The position numbers were made by a program, and so were the translations under genes. Shown here in pieces: positions 59,236 through 64,000 of a DNA stretch of 64,000 bases (position 1 is its first letter; every line of letters starts with the position of its first letter). This DNA is from Gammaproteobacteria bacterium. Lineage in GTDB: Bacteria; Pseudomonadota; Gammaproteobacteria; Ga0077536. The notes under the pieces are model-generated. The model made no database searches, had not been told where the DNA came from, and worked only from the letters and a program-made list of their open reading frames with translations. The stretch covers positions 1,016 through 65,015 of the forward strand of contig JBFWUN010000022.1 of NCBI GenBank assembly GCA_050247235.1. Direction: 5' to 3'.

Positions 59236-60402
59236 ATGGAACGTGAACAAGCCATCAAGTACATGCGCGACCTGCTCAAGCTCATGGTCGACAAGAAGGG
59301 CTCGGACCTGTTCATCACCGTCGAGTTTCCGCCGGCCATCAAGATCGACGGCAAGGTCACCCCGGTCTCCAAGACCAAGCTGACCGCCGAGAACACCAAG
59401 GCGCTGACCTACGCGATCATGAACGACCGCCAGCTGAAGGAGTACGAGGCGACGAAGGAATGCAATTTCGCGATCGCACCCGCAGGCATCGGGCGATTCC
59501 GTGTCAACTCGTTCATCCAGCAGGGGCACACCGGCATGGTGCTGCGCACGATCGAGACCAAGGTTCCCACCCTGGACGGGCTCGGCCTGCCGGAGGTCAT
59601 GAAGGAGATCTCGATGACCAAGCGCGGTCTCGTGATCATGGTGGGCGGCACCGGTTCGGGCAAATCCACGTCGCTCGCGGCGATGATCAACCACCGCAAC
59701 GAGAACAGCTACGGCCACATCATCACGATCGAGGATCCGATCGAATACGTCCACCCGCACAAGAACTGCATCGTCATGCAGCGCGAGGTGGGGGTGGACA
59801 CGGATGACTGGGAAATCGCGCTGAAGAACACGCTGCGCCAGGCGCCGGATGTGATCCTGCTCGGCGAAATCCGCGACCGGCACACGATGGAATTCGGACT
59901 CGCGTTCGCGGAGACCGGTCACCTGGCGATGGCGACCCTGCACGCGAACAGCGCGAACCAGGCGCTCGATCGCATCATCAACTTCTTCCCGCAGGAACGA
60001 CACCAGCAGCTGTTCATGGACATGTCGCTCAACATGAAGGCGATCATCTCCCAGCGGCTGCTCAAGAAGTCGGACGGCAAGGGGCGGGTCGCCGCCATCG
60101 AGGTGATGCTGAACTCGCCGCTGATCTCGGACCTCATCCTCAAGGGCGAGATCCACATGATCAAGGAGATCATGGCCAAGTCGAACGAACTCGGCATGAA
60201 AACGTTCGACCAGGCGCTGTTCGATCTCTACGAGGCGGACCTCATCGCCTACGAGGACGCGCTGCGCAACGCGGACTCGATGAACGAACTGCGCCTGCGC
60301 ATCAAGCTGCAGGGCAAGGCGGCGAAGGTCAGCGACAAGCTGAGCGGGCTCGACCACCTGGCGCTGGAGGAATCCGCCGAAGAGAGCGGCATGCTGCGTT
60401 GA
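59236..60402 (+). CDS. pilU: PilT-family ATPase PilU
   Basis: 388 aa: GGTGSGKST, ILLGEIRD, TGHLAMATLHANSA. NSPLISDLILKGEIHMIKE replaces the AIRNLIRE motif. Confidence 0.85.
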   Translation: MEREQAIKYMRDLLKLMVDKKGSDLFITVEFPPAIKIDGKVTPVSKTKLTAENTKALTYAIMNDRQLKEYEATKECNFAIAPAGIGRFRVNSFIQQGHTGMVLRTIETKVPTLDGLGLPEVMKEISMTKRGLVIMVGGTGSGKSTSLAAMINHRNENSYGHIITIEDPIEYVHPHKNCIVMQREVGVDTDDWEIALKNTLRQAPDVILLGEIRDRHTMEFGLAFAETGHLAMATLHANSANQALDRIINFFPQERHQQLFMDMSLNMKAIISQRLLKKSDGKGRVAAIEVMLNSPLISDLILKGEIHMIKEIMAKSNELGMKTFDQALFDLYEADLIAYEDALRNADSMNELRLRIKLQGKAAKVSDKLSGLDHLALEESAEESGMLR

Positions 60403-60424
60403 GCGGCCGGAGGGAGGGCCCGCC

Positions 60425-61483
60425 ATGGACATCACACCGTACCTGAAGCTCCTGCGTGACAAGAACGGGTCGGACCTGTTCTTCAGCGTCGGTGCGCCGG
60501 TCAAGATCAAGATCGAGGGCCAGGTCAGTTCGGTCGGCAAGACCGTGCTGTCAGGAGAGCTCACGCGCGCCGCGGCATACGGGGTGATGACCGCGGCGCA
60601 GATCGATCGGTTCGAACAGACGATGGAATGCGATTTCGCGATTTCGCTCGACGACAAGTCGGCGCGCTATCGCGTCAACGTGTTCCGCCAGCGCGGTGAA
60701 GTCGGCATGGTGCTGCGCCGGATCCCGTCGAACATCCCGACGATCGACGAACTCGGGCTGCCCGAGATCCTCAAATCGCTGGTCATGCACAAGCGCGGCC
60801 TCATCCTGATGGTGGGCGCCACCGGTTCCGGCAAATCCACGACGCTCGCGGCGATGGTGAACGAACGCAACCAGAAGATGTCAGGACATATCCTGACCAT
60901 CGAAGATCCGATCGAGTTCTCGCATCCCAACCTGAAGTCAATCGTGAACCAGCGCGAAGTGGGGGTGGACACCCTGACCTACCGCGCCGCGCTGCGGGCG
61001 TCCCTGCGCGAGGCCCCCGACGTGATCCTGATCGGCGAGATCCGGGATCGCGAAACAATGGAGGCGGCGCTGGAACTGTGCAACACCGGGCACCTGTGCA
61101 TGTCCACCCTGCACGCGAACAATGCCAACCAGGCGATGGAACGGGTCATCAACCTGTTCCCGCAGGAACTGCACAAGCAGCTGTTCCTCGACCTGTCGCT
61201 GAACGTGCGCTCGGTCATCTCGCAGCGTCTCGTGCAGGGCATCGACGGGTTCCGCGTGGCCGCGATCGAGATCATGATCAACACGCCGCACATCGCCGAC
61301 CTCATCCTCAAGGGACATATCGGGTCGATCAAGGAGGCGATGGAGGCGAGCGGCGCGAAGGGCATGCAGTCCTTCGACATGGCGCTCTACAACCTCTACA
61401 AGGAGGAGCGCATCGATCTCGAGGAGGCGCTCAACAACGCCGACTCGCGCACCAACCTGGAGGCGCGCATCAACTTCGGCTGA
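60425..61483 (+). CDS. Third PilT/PilU-family ATPase, a PilU-like paralog
   Basis: 352 aa: GATGSGKST, ILIGEIRD, TGHLCMSTLHANNA and NTPHIADLILKGHIGSIKE (PilU-like, not AIRNLIRE). It starts 22 nt after the pilU stop. Confidence 0.85.
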   Translation: MDITPYLKLLRDKNGSDLFFSVGAPVKIKIEGQVSSVGKTVLSGELTRAAAYGVMTAAQIDRFEQTMECDFAISLDDKSARYRVNVFRQRGEVGMVLRRIPSNIPTIDELGLPEILKSLVMHKRGLILMVGATGSGKSTTLAAMVNERNQKMSGHILTIEDPIEFSHPNLKSIVNQREVGVDTLTYRAALRASLREAPDVILIGEIRDRETMEAALELCNTGHLCMSTLHANNANQAMERVINLFPQELHKQLFLDLSLNVRSVISQRLVQGIDGFRVAAIEIMINTPHIADLILKGHIGSIKEAMEASGAKGMQSFDMALYNLYKEERIDLEEALNNADSRTNLEARINFG

Positions 61484-61529
61484 GCGCCCGCGCAAGGAGC
61501 GCCCGCCCGGGCACGACCGGCGCGCGGCG

Positions 61530-62540
61530 TCAGGCGGCGTCCGCCAGCGCCGGCAGGACCTCCTCCTGCAGCGCCGCCACCGTGTCCATCGACTGTCCGA
61601 ACGGCACGTCGCCGAAGGCGATGCGGCAGAGCAGGTAATTGATCCCGGCCGCGGCGATCTGCTCCGCCGCCTGCTCACGGACGGTGGCCGCGGTGCCGAC
61701 GAGGCACAGCCCCGCCTTGCGCGCATCGGCGAAATTCTCCGGGAAGTTCAGCGGGATCTGCATGTTCTTCTGACGCCAGAGGTAGAGCAGGCTCGTGAAC
61801 CAGCGGTGGTAGGCGCTCTCCGCCACCTTGACCGCGGCGCTCTCGGTAGGCGCGATCACGATGTGGCGGCTCATCCCCATCAGCGGCAACGGCGCGCCGG
61901 CAGGCTGCGTGCGGGCCCAGCCTTCGCGGAAGGCATCGGTGATCGCGCGCACCGCCTCGACAAAACCGTTGGACATCAGGTTCATCCGCTGGCCGGCGGC
62001 CCACGAGGCCGTATCCGGCCTCGCCGCGCCGTACCACAGCGGCGGATGCGGTCGCTGGAACGGCGGCAATTCGACCGGGACATCGGTGAAGGCGTAATGC
62101 TTGCCGGCGAAATTCAGCCGGCCCTGGGTCATGCCCTGCATCACCACCTCCAGGACCTCCTGGTAGCGCTCCTGAAGATCGCCACTCATCCCGTAGAAGC
62201 CCATCTCGATCGGCGAAATGCCGCGCCCGATTCCGAGTTCGAGCCGTCCCTCGCTCATCTGGTCGAGCATGCAGATCTCTTCGAGCAGTCTGAGTGGGTG
62301 GTAGATGCTCATCGTATAGACCATCGGCCCGAAGCGCAGGCGTGACGTGCGCTGCGCGACCGCCGCGAGATACACGCTCGGCGCGGCGGCGATCCCGAGG
62401 GGTGTGCCGTGATGCTCCGCGAGGTGATAGGCGTGGAATCCCGCGCGATCGTACGCAGCGACCAGCTCCAGCCGTTCGCGATACTGCTGATGCGGCGGCT
62501 GCGGCCCGCGATCCATGTGGTCGAACACACCAAACTTCAT
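61530..62540 (-). CDS. LLM-class (luciferase-like) flavin-dependent oxidoreductase
   Basis: Start at MKFGVFDHMDRGP...YHLAEHHGTPLGIAAAPSVYLAAVAQRTSRLRFGPMVY...GRLELGIGRGISPIEM. About 336 aa. Confidence 0.75.
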   Translation of the reverse strand: MKFGVFDHMDRGPQPPHQQYRERLELVAAYDRAGFHAYHLAEHHGTPLGIAAAPSVYLAAVAQRTSRLRFGPMVYTMSIYHPLRLLEEICMLDQMSEGRLELGIGRGISPIEMGFYGMSGDLQERYQEVLEVVMQGMTQGRLNFAGKHYAFTDVPVELPPFQRPHPPLWYGAARPDTASWAAGQRMNLMSNGFVEAVRAITDAFREGWARTQPAGAPLPLMGMSRHIVIAPTESAAVKVAESAYHRWFTSLLYLWRQKNMQIPLNFPENFADARKAGLCLVGTAATVREQAAEQIAAAGINYLLCRIAFGDVPFGQSMDTVAALQEEVLPALADAA

Positions 62541-62669
62541 GTGGCACCCCGCGAGGCCGTGATCCTGTGCGCCGGAGAATAGCAGAGCGCAGTCGCGCGC
62601 GGTCGGTTGTTGCACGCCCGACAGGTTGCATAAGATGCGACGTCCGCCACGTTCACCCGGGGAACCCGC

Positions 62670-63746
62670 ATGTCAGCGCCCATCGAAGTCCTGCCGCCGG
62701 AAGCCGTCACGCCCGCCTGGATCACGGCGGCCCTGGCCCGCCACGGTATCGATGCACGGGTGAGCGGATTCGACATGGAAACGGTCGGCACCGGCCAGCT
62801 CGGCGAGACGCGTCGCTTCCGGCTGCGGTATGCCGGCACGCCGCCCGCGGGCGCGCCCGCGAGCGTTGTCGGAAAATTCTCATCGGCCAATCCCGTCGCC
62901 CGTGACTCGGGTCGCACGATGGGCTGGTACCGCGCGGAAGTGATGTTCTACCAGAAGCTCGCCGCGCGGGCGCGCATCCGGACGCCGTTTCCGTACGTGG
63001 CGGAACTGGACGCGGCGGGGGACTTCGTACTCCTGTTCGAGGATCTCGCGCCGGCCTGGCAGGGCGACCAGATGCGCGGCTGCACGCTCGACGAAGCGCA
63101 GCGCGCGCTTGCCGAGGCCGCGATGCTGCACGCGACGTTCTGGAACGACGCCGCGCTGATGCAGGAGCCGTGGCTGTACATTCCGGAGGGGTCGCAAGGG
63201 TTCTACTCGACCGAGCTCATCGAACGTTCCTGGGACAACGTGCGCAACAACTACCAGGAGTACCTGACCCCCGAAGTCGTGCAATGCTGCGATCGGTACG
63301 TGCGCAATCACGCGTACTGGAACCGTCCGCGCGCGCTGCCCAAGACCTACACGCATTGCGACTTCCGCCCCGACAACATGCTGTTCGGCGGCGCCGACGG
63401 CCGGGTCGCGCTGGTCGACTGGCAGACCGGCGGATTCGTCGGCACCGGGATGGACGTCGCGTACTTCCTGAGCGGCTGCTTCGATCGCGAGACACGCCGC
63501 CGCCACGAACGCGCGCTGCTTGCCGGCTACCACGCGGACCTGCTCCGCTACGGGATCACCGATTACACCTTTGAGCACCTGCTGGACGACTACCGGCATT
63601 ACAGCTTCGCGGTGATCGCCGTGGCGCTCACCGCGACGCTCGTCGTCAAGCGCACCGAGCGCGGGGATCGCATGCTGATGCACATGGCGATCGGCGGCGC
63701 CCACCAGGCCATCGACAACCACGCGCTCGATCTGCTGCCACCCTGA
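62670..63746 (+). CDS. Phosphotransferase / kinase-like protein of the APH/ChoK/EcKL family
   Basis: 358 aa with the catalytic loop THCDFRPDNMLF and the metal-binding segment LVDWQTG. Confidence 0.7.
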   Translation: MSAPIEVLPPEAVTPAWITAALARHGIDARVSGFDMETVGTGQLGETRRFRLRYAGTPPAGAPASVVGKFSSANPVARDSGRTMGWYRAEVMFYQKLAARARIRTPFPYVAELDAAGDFVLLFEDLAPAWQGDQMRGCTLDEAQRALAEAAMLHATFWNDAALMQEPWLYIPEGSQGFYSTELIERSWDNVRNNYQEYLTPEVVQCCDRYVRNHAYWNRPRALPKTYTHCDFRPDNMLFGGADGRVALVDWQTGGFVGTGMDVAYFLSGCFDRETRRRHERALLAGYHADLLRYGITDYTFEHLLDDYRHYSFAVIAVALTATLVVKRTERGDRMLMHMAIGGAHQAIDNHALDLLPP

Positions 63747-63765
63747 CCCCGGTCCGGAGCACCCC

Positions 63766-64000
63766 ATGCGACTCGCCAAGCCCCATCTCGACCTCGGCCT
63801 GTTCACGCCGGATATCGCCCCCCACACCGCGTTCTGGGGGGACACCGTCGGCCTGCGGCTCGACCACCTGCTGCCGTTCGACGACCTGTGGGTACAGCAT
63901 CGCTACGATGCGCACGACTCCGTGATCAAGGTGAACCACTACCGCCATCCGCTGCCCGCGCATCCGCCGTCCGGTTACGTGGGGCTGACGATCGCGCGCG
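63766..64000 (+). CDS. Partial ORF, possibly a VOC/glyoxalase-like protein; the 3' end runs off the window
   Basis: My translation is MRLAKPHLDLGLFTPDIAPHTAFWGDTVGLRLDHLLPFDDLWVQHRYDAHDSVIKVNHY.... The frame is open to the window end with G/C-rich third positions. The family assignment is weak. Confidence 0.4.
   Translation, partial: MRLAKPHLDLGLFTPDIAPHTAFWGDTVGLRLDHLLPFDDLWVQHRYDAHDSVIKVNHYRHPLPAHPPSGYVGLTIAR

Overview
This is a very GC-rich bacterial chromosomal window. Third codon positions are almost all G/C, so most long ORFs in the track are antisense 'shadow' ORFs. I found no rRNA, tRNA, CRISPR array, transposase or integrase by eye.

Gene order points to a gammaproteobacterium. Two blocks match orders I remember from E. 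coli and Pseudomonas: rpmG-rpmB-radC-coaBC-[dut missing]-algC-argB-slmA-(DUF4124)-pyrE, and metW-metX-yggT-proC-yggS with divergent pilT-pilU.

Contents from left to right:
- 1-18.1 kb: an MSH-class (MSHA-like) type IV filament locus, all on the minus strand apart from an inserted histidine kinase. It carries a sigma54 response regulator, an ExeA/MshM ATPase, a lipoprotein secretin, a TPR protein, an MshE-type ATPase, a GspF/MshG platform, a PilM-PilN fusion, PilO-like and PilP-like proteins, a 622-aa PilX-like protein, a minor pilin, a multi-TM histidine kinase, an orphan ABC-2 permease with a coupled 244-aa protein, a sigma54 promoter and a long pilin.
- metF, a long regulatory intergenic region, and a PAS/GAF-GGDEF-EAL protein.
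- tkt-gap-pgk, followed by an inserted three-gene operon: a NicX-like dioxygenase, an acyl-CoA-dehydrogenase-fold protein and an acyl-CoA ligase.
- A binding-protein gene plus a five-PAS hybrid kinase, an MFS transporter, a pseudouridine synthase, a TraB-family protein and a small R/G/D/H/Y-rich secreted protein.
- mutM with a GldA/F/G-like ABC system, then a desaturase.
- The ribosomal-protein/coaBC/algC/argB/slmA/pyrE block.
- metW through yggS.
- Three tandem PilT/PilU-family ATPases.
- An LLM oxidoreductase, a kinase-like protein and a partial VOC-like gene.

The items most worth follow-up are:
- The rearranged pilus locus, with its PrsK/PrsR-like sigma54 two-component pair, the sigma54 promoter in front of the pilin, and the orphan permease pair.
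- An RLPCPD...LPW...YAV module shared by the minor pilin and the 622-aa protein.
- A two-copy hairpin element of about 113 nt with a conserved 53-nt core and divergent but self-complementary arms.
- The NicX-like/ACAD/ligase insertion.
- The membrane-anchored AlgC fusion at a junction where dut is missing.

All functional calls rest on motifs I read in the translations and on remembered family knowledge. No database search was run.
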